From Acidobacteriota bacterium (GTDB taxonomy: Bacteria > Acidobacteriota > Blastocatellia > Pyrinomonadales > Pyrinomonadaceae): a stretch of 37,651 nucleotides of DNA. The first letter of the stretch is position 1. The number at the start of each line of letters is the position of its first letter. The notes below the pieces were generated by a model. It searched no databases and had not been told where the DNA came from. It saw only the letters and a program-made list of their open reading frames with translations. The stretch is from positions 1-37,651 of the forward strand of contig CAUJFK010000368.1 in the NCBI GenBank assembly GCA_963169175.1, in the 5' to 3' direction. Positions 16,292 through 29,618 of the stretch are shown one piece after another. The position numbers and the translations under genes are program-made.

Positions 16292-17077
16292 TCATTGATC
16301 TTTCTGAAACGCACCCCGCAAGCTTCGTGCCATCATTCTTGTTATAAAAGAGTTTGGCAGAACATTTACGCCTGATGCGACCAGCCAATTGGTCCAGCCC
16401 GAAACGACCTTCGCTCGATCTGTCCTGATGGCTATCATTGCGGTCTCGACAACGTCCTCGGCGGTTTCTATGCCCTTGGCGTTTATCTGCTGGTCTATAT
16501 TGGCGTTCGCATGAAAATTCGTTTCGGTCCTGCCCGGACACAGAGCAAGGATGCGTATCCCGAAAGGGCGATTTTCTGCCGCGATCGCTTCCGAAAACGA
16601 TGTCACAAACGCTTTTGTCGCTGCATAGGTCGCCATGAACGGGATCGGCTGAAATCCGGCAGCGGACGAAACATTAATTATAGCCCCTTGTCGCCGCTGG
16701 CGCATCTCGGGCAGGTAACGGTGCGTCAATCCGACCAACGCCGAAATGTTCAGGTCGATCATACGCATCTCTCGACCGAGATCAAGTTCGACGAAATCGC
16801 CCATCGAACCGATGCCTGCATTGTTTATAAGCCAGTCTATTTCAAGGCCGAGATCTTCAGTTCTCTGGAACACAAGCTGATCCGCGCCCGCTTCGGTCAG
16901 ATCTGCAGAAATAAAACTCGCCTCTATTCCATGTTTCGCGATAAGTTCATCACAAATCTGTCGCAGTCGTTCTTCCAATCTGGCAACGAGCACGAGGTTG
17001 TGCTTTTCCGCTGCAAGCCGGCGGGCGAACGCCTCGCCGATACCGCTTGAGGCCCCGGTGATAAGTGTCGCTTTCAT
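16292..17077 (-). CDS. SDR family oxidoreductase
   Basis: LITGASSGIGEAFARRLA (TGxxxGxG), NNAG, and YAATKAF (YxxxK). Confidence 0.9.
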   Translation of the reverse strand: MKATLITGASSGIGEAFARRLAAEKHNLVLVARLEERLRQICDELIAKHGIEASFISADLTEAGADQLVFQRTEDLGLEIDWLINNAGIGSMGDFVELDLGREMRMIDLNISALVGLTHRYLPEMRQRRQGAIINVSSAAGFQPIPFMATYAATKAFVTSFSEAIAAENRPFGIRILALCPGRTETNFHANANIDQQINAKGIETAEDVVETAMIAIRTDRAKVVSGWTNWLVASGVNVLPNSFITRMMARSLRGAFQKDQ

Positions 17078-17661
17078 ATCTCTTCAAGCTCGCGTTCCGG
17101 TGAATGAAAGGCGTAAAAGATGGAGGTAACGGACGCCGCAACGATTGTTAGGGCGCCGATAACGCGGATCAGGCTGGCGATCACTTTTGTTGAATCAAGC
17201 AGGCCCAAACTCGTCAACATCCAATTCCAATCGTGGATACCGCCGCCGACGAGCGGAAGCTCCATCCTCACGGCGTCCTGAGCATAGACATGAACATTGA
17301 TGACGCTTTGCCCGACCCAAAAGAGAACGATGGCGGCTGAGAAATACTTTTCGTTCCACCAAAAATAGCCGACGAAGACGGCCGGCAAGATAAGTTGGAA
17401 AAGCGTCCCGCCCGCCATACCTATGAATTCGCCAAAGATCCCGAAAATCAGATGGCCTGTTTCATGTATAGGCAGATCGACCATATCGAGGAAACTGCCC
17501 TGCATCGGGTCAAATGCGATCCACAGGAAGTAGAGGGTGAGAAGAGCGGCGAAGACAAGTTTTGGATAGCTAATGTTCATTGATCTTGAAAAATATGCTT
17601 TGGCGTACCGCTGTGCGGGCCGTGCGAGAAATGCCATGAGACCGAAAATGCGAGGGGTCAC
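17074..17661 (-). CDS. Polytopic membrane protein with an HExxH motif (putative intramembrane zinc metalloprotease-like)
   Basis: LPIHETGHLIFGIFGEF is embedded among hydrophobic helices. The GTG start overlaps the upstream stop (GTGA at 17658-17661). The start is uncertain, with internal Met residues available. Confidence 0.55.
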   Translation of the reverse strand: MTPRIFGLMAFLARPAQRYAKAYFSRSMNISYPKLVFAALLTLYFLWIAFDPMQGSFLDMVDLPIHETGHLIFGIFGEFIGMAGGTLFQLILPAVFVGYFWWNEKYFSAAIVLFWVGQSVINVHVYAQDAVRMELPLVGGGIHDWNWMLTSLGLLDSTKVIASLIRVIGALTIVAASVTSIFYAFHSPERELEEI

Positions 17662-18524
17662 AGCAATCTATTTTTAGAGATAAACTCTTTAACCAGAGCG
17701 TTAAACTCTTTTGGCTTTTCCATGTGCAGCCAGTGGCTCACGCCATCGAACATATGGAATTCCATTTTCGGCGCGACAGTCCGATATTGCTGCTCGAGGT
17801 CTTTCGGCCAATACGGGCTCCGTGCCATCACTGCTAGAAGCGGCACATTAATTTTTGCGTGCGCGGCATAAGCATCGGCATTCATCAGTCTCATTGCGCT
17901 TATGCCTACATAATCTGGCGTTGCCAGCATAGATGAGCGGATAAATGGTTTAACATTGGCATGTGTCGGCTCAAGCATTTGATCAAGGAACTTAGGGCCG
18001 ATACTGTTTTTATAATCGGCCAAGATCGGTTCAAAGTACTTCTCAACCTCATCGCGCGGGGAAAAGGCCATCAGTTCACCGTCAACGATTATCAGGCCGA
18101 GAGTTTTCTCAGGGAACAGTTCATAAAATCGTCGAACTACCGGTGTTCCCATGCTGTGGCCGGCGAGAACGGCCCTCTTTACACCCGCCTTTTTCATAAC
18201 CGCATTGACCGACCTAGCGAAAAACTCCATCGAATAATCGATCTTTGGTTTATCGCTATCTCCGTGGCCGGGCAGGTCCATTGCGATCACACGATATTCC
18301 GGAAAGGCATTGTATTGGTCCCGCCAAAATTCGAGATTGCATGTCCAGCAATGGACAAGGACAAGCGCGTTTGTGGATTTCGCATTACCGATATCATAAT
18401 AGCGGATCTTGTTTCCTTCATATTCAGCCCATTTCGCCTTAGGTAAAGTTTTCTGGGCCGATATTCCGATGGAGCCGGCGATGATGGCTAAAAATAGGAC
18501 CGGTAGTATTCGCGTCAGTATCAT
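17658..18524 (-). CDS. Alpha/beta hydrolase with an N-terminal signal or anchor
   Basis: VLVHCWTCN, the LAGHSMGT nucleophile elbow (GxSxG), and a C-terminal GVSHWLHMEKPKEF. The start is set at ATG 18524 (MILTRILPVLFLAIIAG...), which overlaps the GNAT stop as ATGA. Confidence 0.8.
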   Translation of the reverse strand: MILTRILPVLFLAIIAGSIGISAQKTLPKAKWAEYEGNKIRYYDIGNAKSTNALVLVHCWTCNLEFWRDQYNAFPEYRVIAMDLPGHGDSDKPKIDYSMEFFARSVNAVMKKAGVKRAVLAGHSMGTPVVRRFYELFPEKTLGLIIVDGELMAFSPRDEVEKYFEPILADYKNSIGPKFLDQMLEPTHANVKPFIRSSMLATPDYVGISAMRLMNADAYAAHAKINVPLLAVMARSPYWPKDLEQQYRTVAPKMEFHMFDGVSHWLHMEKPKEFNALVKEFISKNRLL

Positions 18525-19057
18525 TGCTCTCGTATTCCCTCCAAGAATTTCTCTTTTGATATTCCGTAAAATTTGCATTCCATCCCGTATGCGGACTTCA
18601 TTCCTTCAAATGTCATTCCGCATTTTTCCATTATTCGCCATGAACCGATGTTCGCTCCATCGCACACAGCAACAATGCGTTCGAGCCCGCTGGTTTCAAA
18701 CCCATATTTCAGCCACGCGTTAGCGCACTCGGTTCCAAGTCCGCGATTCCAATAAGCCTTTTTCAAACTGTACCCAACCTCAATTTCGCCCGTGTCTTCC
18801 AATGGCTGCAGCCCGCTTCCGCCGATAGTTTCACCGTTTTCTTTCCAGATCATCGCCGACATTCCGAAGCCGAATTTCTCGTAACACGCGATGTAAAAAT
18901 CTAAACGCTTCGTCACCTCGGCCGGATTCTGTCGCTCCCAGCCGCCAAGATATTTATGGACTTCGGGGTCCGAGCGTAGCTCGATCAGCTCAGGCAGATC
19001 ATCAAGGGTATATGGCCGGATCAGAAGTCTCTGTGTTTCAAGCTGCATAGGCACCAA
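18521..19057 (-). CDS. GNAT family N-acetyltransferase (RimJ/RimL-like)
   Basis: LETQRLLIRPYTLDDLPELIELRSDPEV...YWNRGLGTECANAWLKYGFE. Confidence 0.85.
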   Translation of the reverse strand: MVPMQLETQRLLIRPYTLDDLPELIELRSDPEVHKYLGGWERQNPAEVTKRLDFYIACYEKFGFGMSAMIWKENGETIGGSGLQPLEDTGEIEVGYSLKKAYWNRGLGTECANAWLKYGFETSGLERIVAVCDGANIGSWRIMEKCGMTFEGMKSAYGMECKFYGISKEKFLEGIREQ

Positions 19058-19188
19058 AGGAATAGAGAAGATCTCCCGCGTAAATTATCGGCCCAAACTT
19101 TAGCCGGCGACGATACTGATGCCAGGTTAAATTTCCCGCAATCAAGCCGGGGTTTTGTAAGCCGGCAAGCGTCACGGGCCGCGAAAGG

Positions 19189-19836
19189 TTACGGTGAAAG
19201 CCTTGCGATAACCCAGGAATCAGCCTGTTTTGTATATACGATCCGATCATGCAGGCGGCTTGGGCGGCCCTGCCAGAATTCGAATCGTTCCGGGACGACG
19301 CGAAAACCGCCCCAGAACGGCGGGCAAGGCACATCTTCGCCAAATCGTTCACGAACTCTCGCAACCCTCTCTTCAAGCTCCCCGCGTCCGGCGAGGACAG
19401 AGCTTTGTCTTGACGCCCACGCTCCGACGCGGCTTTCATACGGCCGAGAGTGAAAATAGGTTTGCGATTCCGCACGGCTAACCTTTTCGGCCACGCCCTG
19501 AACGCCGATCTGGCGCTCTAGCTCCGGCCAGAAAAAGTGAAGGGCGGTATAAGGGTTTTCGATAAGCTGGCGGCCCTTTGTACTTTCGTAATTTGTAAAA
19601 AAAACGAGGCCGCGATCGTCAAAACCTTTCAGCAGCACAACCCGCGAGCTCGGCCGGCCGTCACTGCCGGCGGTCGAGACGGTCATCGCATTTGGTTCTA
19701 GCGGGCCGGAATTCAGATACTCTTCGATCCATGCAGCAAACTGTACGAAAGGGTCTGCCGCGACGGATGATTCACTCAATTCCTGTTGCGAATAATCGCG
19801 GCGAATTGCCGCAAACTCTTTGCTTTCGATCGCCAT
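19189..19836 (-). CDS. pdxH: Pyridoxamine 5'-phosphate oxidase
   Basis: RVVLLKGFDDRGLVFFTNYESTKGRQL, ELERQIGVQG, and FWGGFRVVPERFEFWQGRPSRLHDRIVY. Confidence 0.9.
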   Translation of the reverse strand: MAIESKEFAAIRRDYSQQELSESSVAADPFVQFAAWIEEYLNSGPLEPNAMTVSTAGSDGRPSSRVVLLKGFDDRGLVFFTNYESTKGRQLIENPYTALHFFWPELERQIGVQGVAEKVSRAESQTYFHSRPYESRVGAWASRQSSVLAGRGELEERVARVRERFGEDVPCPPFWGGFRVVPERFEFWQGRPSRLHDRIVYTKQADSWVIARLSP

Positions 19837-21054
19837 TCAGATCAGGTGGACGAAAAGCCCGTCCTTCAGTTTTGGTTCGAACCAGGTTGATTTTGGGGGC
19901 ATCACCTCGCCCATGTCGGAAACCGCGAGCAGGTCGTCCATCGCCGTCGGAAATAAAGAGAACGCGACCGCCGCCCGCCCAGAATCGACATATTCTTCAA
20001 GTTCATCGAGTCCGCGGCCGCCGCCCACAAAGATAATGCGCGGGTCAGTACGCGGATCGCCGATACCGAGAATCGGCGTCAGCAGGTTTTGCTGGAGTAT
20101 CTGAACATCGAGGCGCTCCAATACGTCGGGTTCGCGAATGTAATTGACATTGAAACGAATGCCATACCATTTACCGCCGAGATACATAGCAAATCGGCCC
20201 GGCCCGTCAGGAGTTCTTCCGCCGTTTTCGGAAACAATGAAATGCTCCTGAAGCCGTGCGAGAAAGTCTTCCGCCGACAAGCCGTTGAGATCTTTTACGA
20301 CACGGTTGTATGCCATGATCGACAGGTCTTCTGACGGAAAAAGGCCCGCCATGACAAAGTTGTAACTTTCCGTTCCGTCGTGTTCTGCGTTCGCGTCCCG
20401 AAGCTCCTTTCGCGCCAGCGAAGCGCTTTCCGCTCGATGGTGTCCGTCCGCGACATACAGCTCAGGTATGCGCGAAAATGCTTCGGACACAGCACCAGCA
20501 TCAGGCACGCGCCAGACCGTTTGCCGTACACCCTTCGGATCGGAAAAATCGTAGATCGGCTCACCCATCGTTGCTTCTTCGATAAGGCGGCGCATTTCGT
20601 CCGTGTTCCTAAAGGCAAGAAAGATCAAACCCGTCTGCGCCCGCAGGGCCAGCATATGATCGGTCCGGTCACGGACCTTGTCCGGCCGGGTTTTCTCGTG
20701 CTTTTTTATTATGCCGCTGTCGTAATCATCGACCGAACAGCATGCGACAATGCCCGTCTGCTGCCGCCCATCGACAGCAAGCCGGTACACAAAAATCCCT
20801 GGTTCCTGATCCTGGCTGAGCAGTTTCTGATCTAAAAAGGCGTCGAGTAGTTTTTTTGCTTCACTAAAAGCTTTGGCGGGATCGTCCGTTCCAAACTCAG
20901 CCTCGGGCCGCGTTACGCGAAGGAAGCTGTCTGGATCTGCGGTTGTTATCGCACGGACTTCTGCATCAGAAACCACGTCATAGGGTACGCATGCTATCTT
21001 TGCCGCCTTATCCGCCGGTGGACGAACAGGCCTGAAGGGTTTGACGGTTGCCAC
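19837..21054 (-). CDS. DUF1015 domain-containing protein
   Basis: MATVKPFRPVRPPADKAAKIACVPYDVVS and YVADGHHRAESA are typical of DUF1015. GTG start at 21054. Confidence 0.85.
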   Translation of the reverse strand: MATVKPFRPVRPPADKAAKIACVPYDVVSDAEVRAITTADPDSFLRVTRPEAEFGTDDPAKAFSEAKKLLDAFLDQKLLSQDQEPGIFVYRLAVDGRQQTGIVACCSVDDYDSGIIKKHEKTRPDKVRDRTDHMLALRAQTGLIFLAFRNTDEMRRLIEEATMGEPIYDFSDPKGVRQTVWRVPDAGAVSEAFSRIPELYVADGHHRAESASLARKELRDANAEHDGTESYNFVMAGLFPSEDLSIMAYNRVVKDLNGLSAEDFLARLQEHFIVSENGGRTPDGPGRFAMYLGGKWYGIRFNVNYIREPDVLERLDVQILQQNLLTPILGIGDPRTDPRIIFVGGGRGLDELEEYVDSGRAAVAFSLFPTAMDDLLAVSDMGEVMPPKSTWFEPKLKDGLFVHLI

Positions 21055-21117
21055 TTATTGCTCCTTTTAGAAAAGAAAAAACCTCGACGGACAAACTGAA
21101 AATCGAAACGGCAAAAC

Positions 21118-21624
21118 TTATGGTTGGGGTTGTTCCGGCGTAACGGTCGGCTGGGGCTGACGGCTCTGATTGATGATGTCGTCAAGCTGCTGGCCTCCCT
21201 GATTCACCTCGTCGATCAGGCGTTGCTGGTAGCCCTTTTTATCCAGCTTCCAAACGCCGTCTTCCTTAATGAACGGAACGGTTTCCCAGGCGCCAAAGCT
21301 GTTCTCGACCTCAAGCGTTGCCTTGTCGCCCTCGATCTTCTCATTCCGCATCTTGACGGTCCGTTGATTCTCGGAAAAAAGTGTCTCGTTCTTCACCACG
21401 TCATCAACCGGAATGCCGCGCGATTGGGCTTCAAGCTCGCTCATTCTCATCGAATCTTTCGAAAGAAGCAGCTTCATCGTCGTGATGTCCTTGTTCTTGA
21501 TGGCCTTGGTGTACGTCTTGAAAGTCTCGATCGGGGATTCGGGCTTTGACTCACCCGACGAGCACGCAAAGATGCCGGAGACAGCCATGATCAGGATAAA
21601 TGCTTTGGTTAAACTACTATTCAT
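21118..21624 (-). CDS. Putative lipoprotein, function unknown
   Basis: MNSSLTKAFILIMAVSGIFAC|SSGE is a signal peptide with a lipobox-like Cys. The remainder is hydrophilic. Confidence 0.6.
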   Translation of the reverse strand: MNSSLTKAFILIMAVSGIFACSSGESKPESPIETFKTYTKAIKNKDITTMKLLLSKDSMRMSELEAQSRGIPVDDVVKNETLFSENQRTVKMRNEKIEGDKATLEVENSFGAWETVPFIKEDGVWKLDKKGYQQRLIDEVNQGGQQLDDIINQSRQPQPTVTPEQPQP

Positions 21625-21698
21625 TACGGCGCGGTGGCTAAAAGTATATAATTCTTCTCAAACGAGTAATTATATAGTAATTGGAGTGGGCAAAAAAG

Positions 21699-22010
21699 AT
21701 GGAACGAAGAAAACTCTCGCCGGTAGAAGTAGCGGAACGACTGAAAGATCTGCCAAACTGGACGGCCGGCGGCGACACCATAAAGTGCCGTTTTGAATTC
21801 AAGAACTTTGCCGAAAGCCTCGCTTTCGTAAACAAGGTCGGTGCCGTCGCAGAAGAACTCGACCATCACCCCGACATAACCTTCGGTTGGGCTTACGCCG
21901 AGATCGCCACGACCACCCACGACCGCGGCGGAGTGACGGATGTTGATATTGCGTTGGCAACCCGAATCGATGAGGCATCGTCAATGCAAAAGTCTCTTTC
22001 AAATGTATAA
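21699..22010 (+). CDS. 4a-hydroxytetrahydrobiopterin (pterin-4-alpha-carbinolamine) dehydratase
   Basis: LPNWTAGGDTIKCRFEFKNFAESLAFVNKVGAVAEELDHHPDITFGWAYAEI. ATG 21699 is preceded by ggagtggg. The ORF track begins at TTG 21681. Confidence 0.85.
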   Translation: MERRKLSPVEVAERLKDLPNWTAGGDTIKCRFEFKNFAESLAFVNKVGAVAEELDHHPDITFGWAYAEIATTTHDRGGVTDVDIALATRIDEASSMQKSLSNV

Positions 22011-22031
22011 TCAAATCAGATCAGCTTTGCG

Positions 22032-22706
22032 ATGAAGACATTTCTCCTTTTGATATCTATTCTGGTAACTGCATCGTTCAGTTTGAATGCCCAGAGTGCG
22101 CCAAACGTGATCTCCAATCCCGATCCGGTATATCCGCCAGAAGCGGCTCAACTTGGTTACGGTGGAAGCGTTAAAGTAGCGATCAAGGTAGATAAACAGG
22201 GTAAGGTTAAGGTTCTGAAAGCTTGGGGTCCGAATGCTCCCTGTTCTAACTTAGACGACAAAAGAATTGAAAATATCAGAAAAGCAGTGATGGACGCCGC
22301 AAGAAAGGTCGAATTCGAATCGCCGATGAAAGATGGCAAACCAAACGAAATCGAAATGACCATTTCTTACTCGTTCGATTCTTTGGGGAAGCCCGCAAGC
22401 CCAAGGGGGAACTCTAACGCCAAAGGCCGAATCGTAGATGCGGGGGTACTTCAGGGCAGGGTGAAATTCCTCGCTAGGCCGGATTATCCGAGTGCCGCTA
22501 GAGCGAACCGCGTAACGGGGGCCGTTCCAGTAAGCGTCCTCGTCGATACCGACGGACGGGTTCTAGCTGCGAGTGTTCTAGGCGGTCATCCGCTCCTGCA
22601 AGAATCGGCAATTGAGGCAGCCTGCCGATCGTCGATCGACCCGGTCGTGTTGTCTGGCGTTCCCATACAGGTTACCGGCGTGTTGACGTATGTGTTTGCT
22701 CCGTAA
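22032..22706 (+). CDS. Secreted protein with two TonB C-terminal-like domains
   Basis: Signal peptide MKTFLLLISILVTASFSLNAQS. Two units are present: PVYPPEAAQLGYGGSVKVAIKVDKQGKV and PDYPSAARANRVTGAVPVSVLVDTDGRV. Confidence 0.65.
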   Translation: MKTFLLLISILVTASFSLNAQSAPNVISNPDPVYPPEAAQLGYGGSVKVAIKVDKQGKVKVLKAWGPNAPCSNLDDKRIENIRKAVMDAARKVEFESPMKDGKPNEIEMTISYSFDSLGKPASPRGNSNAKGRIVDAGVLQGRVKFLARPDYPSAARANRVTGAVPVSVLVDTDGRVLAASVLGGHPLLQESAIEAACRSSIDPVVLSGVPIQVTGVLTYVFAP

Positions 22707-22729
22707 ACCTAAATTCCTACCTGAGGATT

Positions 22730-27446
<4,717 letters not shown>

Positions 27447-27729
27447 GAAAAACCTCCTTAGCGGTAGATGGCCGTATTGCGAGTGGCGGATTGTAGTATA
27501 GCCGCATCACGGAACAAATCAACCCAATAAACCGCCTGACCATATAGACGGTTTTTCCGCAAGGAATGGGTCAACAGATCGATCGATATTGCCAAGGAAA
27601 TTTGCGTTAGCCCTACAACTTTCTTAGTTCTAGGTGGTGAAAGGTGAAAGGTGAAACGATATCCCTTTTTGCGCTCGCTGAAGCGGAGCAAGGCGACCGT
27701 TCGTACTTTTACGCCTGCGGAAAATATAT

Positions 27730-27984
27730 ATGAGACACGATTTTGCCTTTATAAAAAGCAATAAGAAGCTGATAAAGCTGAGATTTGACGAGGTCGTATT
27801 TATCAAGGGCTTGGGCAATTATGTCGAGATCGCTATGAGCGGTGGCGAGAAGTATGTTTATTATAGATCGCTCAAGGAACTTATCAACTCACTGCCCGAA
27901 GAATTTATGCGGATCCACAATTGCTTTCGGCACTCATCTCTTTTATTTTTAAATAGATGCGAACGGCGAGCCGGACAGTTTTGA
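27730..27984 (+). pseudogene. Stand-alone, C-terminally truncated LytTR DNA-binding domain (probable relic of a LytTR response regulator)
   Basis: FIKSNKKLIKLRFDEVVFIKGLGNYVEIAMSGGEKYVYYRSLKELINSLPEEFMRIH matches the LytTR pattern. The match breaks off where RiHRSyiVN should follow. There is no receiver domain upstream, and the 3' end overlaps the next gene. Confidence 0.5.
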
Positions 27985-28628
27985 TCGTGTTGAATATTGG
28001 CGCGGCACTTTTGTTCGCTACGGTTGCTCATGGCCAAGCGAGCGTACCGAGATCGGCGCCCGGCAAGACGATCTTTCGCGATTCGGACGGCGTGCTTATC
28101 TCGAACAACGAATTTGTTGATATTCGGATGGCGAATTTTACCTATCCGGATGCGACGCTTGTAAAAGCATCTGATGACGGCACGGTCGAGTTTCGTCTGC
28201 AAAAGGTCCCGCAGGAAGGTATGCGGGCGGCGGATTTTACGGTAACGACACTCGATGGCCGCACGATCCGCTCCGCTGATCTCAAGGGCAAGGTTGTCGT
28301 ACTCAATTTCTGGTTTATCGGATGCCCCGTTTGCCGGGCGATAAAGCCAAAGCTCAATGAACTGGAGACGAAGTTTGCGGGTAATGAAAATGTTATCTTC
28401 CTGGCGATAACCGCCGATCCTGCCGGTGCGGTGCGGAAATATATAGAAAAAGAGCCATTCACTTATCTCCAGGCGACGGATTCGAAAGCTGTTCTGGACG
28501 AATTTGTATTCGCGGGCTTTCCGAAAAATATCGTCGTCAGCAAAACAGGCGAGATCGTATATTGGCGCAGCACCATTCGGGCTTGGGACAAATTTGAATC
28601 AGTGATCCGCCGCGAGTTGGAGCGATGA
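27957..28628 (+). CDS. TlpA/AhpC-TSA family thiol-disulfide oxidoreductase (secreted)
   Basis: Signal peptide MRTASRTVLIVLNIGAALLFATVAHGQ. VVVLNFWFIGCPVCR carries the CxxC thioredoxin-fold motif. Confidence 0.8.
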   Translation: MRTASRTVLIVLNIGAALLFATVAHGQASVPRSAPGKTIFRDSDGVLISNNEFVDIRMANFTYPDATLVKASDDGTVEFRLQKVPQEGMRAADFTVTTLDGRTIRSADLKGKVVVLNFWFIGCPVCRAIKPKLNELETKFAGNENVIFLAITADPAGAVRKYIEKEPFTYLQATDSKAVLDEFVFAGFPKNIVVSKTGEIVYWRSTIRAWDKFESVIRRELER

Positions 28629-28915
28629 TGGACCATTACGTTTGCCCGATCTGTAATACGGCGGGCGAGCGCTCGCCCCGTTATCCGAAACAGATCTGCG
28701 TCATTTGCGGCAATCGTGCGACGGATAAGACAGGACGCCTGCTTGATTTCTCGAATGAATCAGTTTCCGGCGGTTATGTGGCGTGGTATCGCGACACGCG
28801 CGAGGCATACGAAAGCCATATCTGCTATGTCGATGGCCGCACCTGCTGGGCGGACGAGGCCCACATGGGCGGCATTGTGGTGAGTGTTTATGATGGCCCG
28901 ATCGAAGGCAAATAA
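28625..28915 (+). CDS. Hypothetical small zinc-ribbon protein (96 aa)
   Basis: CPIC...CVIC at the N-terminus. The start overlaps the TlpA stop (ATGA at 28625-28628) and the 3' end overlaps the purE start. No family recognised. Confidence 0.5.
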   Translation: MMDHYVCPICNTAGERSPRYPKQICVICGNRATDKTGRLLDFSNESVSGGYVAWYRDTREAYESHICYVDGRTCWADEAHMGGIVVSVYDGPIEGK

Positions 28916-29399
28916 AAAGCCGCTGGTTTCAATCATAATGGGCAGCAAGAGCGACTGGCCGACGATGGAGCTTGCCTCACAAACGCTTGATGAATTTGGC
29001 GTTGCCCACGAGACAAAGATCGTTTCCGCTCACCGCACGCCGGATCTGCTTTTCGAATTTGCCAAATCTGCCGAAGGCCGCGGCATTGAAGTGATAATTG
29101 CCGGTGCCGGCGGAGCCGCTCATTTGCCCGGAATGTGCGCTTCGCAAACGGTACTTCCCGTGCTCGGCGTACCGGTCGAAAGCAAAGCATTAAAGGGCCT
29201 CGACTCGCTTTTATCAATCGCGCAAATGCCAGCCGGCGTCCCGGTCGCCACGCTCGCTATTGGCAAGGCCGGTGCAAAGAATGCGGCGTTACTGGCTATT
29301 TCGATTCTGGCAAATTCGCGACCCGAAATGCGAATAAAGCTGCATCGATTTCGTTCCGTTCAAACCGAAACCGTGTTAAAATCGAAATTGGGAAAATGA
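28884..29399 (+). CDS. purE: N5-carboxyaminoimidazole ribonucleotide mutase PurE
   Basis: [36 protein letters not shown], and PVLGVPV. The exact Met (28884, 28890 or 28893) is uncertain. Confidence 0.9.
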   Translation: MFMMARSKANKKPLVSIIMGSKSDWPTMELASQTLDEFGVAHETKIVSAHRTPDLLFEFAKSAEGRGIEVIIAGAGGAAHLPGMCASQTVLPVLGVPVESKALKGLDSLLSIAQMPAGVPVATLAIGKAGAKNAALLAISILANSRPEMRIKLHRFRSVQTETVLKSKLGK

Positions 29400-29402
29400 G
29401 AT

Positions 29403-29618
29403 ATGGAATTGCATCAAGTTCAGAAGACTGTGCTGCCGAATGGGACGATCCTTATTGAGGACTTGCCGTTTGACGTTGGGGAAAAGGTTAATGTAACCAT
29501 AGTTAAATCGGAGCAAAGAAAGGCCGCAAATCGTTATCCTTTACGAGGAACGCCATATCGATACGATAACCCTTTCGGTTCCGCTGCACCCATCGAAGAC
29601 TGGGAAGTTCTCAAATGA
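29403..29618 (+). CDS. Putative antitoxin (DUF104/AF2212-like, VapB-type partner of the PIN toxin)
   Basis: 71 aa. LPNGTILIEDLPFDVGEKVNVTIV resembles the DUF104 swapped-hairpin pattern, and the C-terminus is ...PIEDWEVLK. Its stop overlaps the PIN gene start (ATGA). Confidence 0.6.
   Translation: MELHQVQKTVLPNGTILIEDLPFDVGEKVNVTIVKSEQRKAANRYPLRGTPYRYDNPFGSAAPIEDWEVLK

Noticed and set aside
16248-16541. A 98-codon extension of the MBL hydrolase ORF.
   Set aside because: It overlaps the SDR gene's 3' end, is Arg-rich and not protein-like. The homologous start MKFTVLGSGS is at 16247.
16568-16580. Recurrent GCGATCGC octamers (for example near 16574, 24233, 25040 and 34587), reminiscent of the cyanobacterial HIP1 palindrome.
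   Set aside because: There are only a handful of copies. CGATCG-containing codon pairs are common throughout this sequence, so this probably reflects codon and dinucleotide bias. It would need a genome-wide count against expectation.
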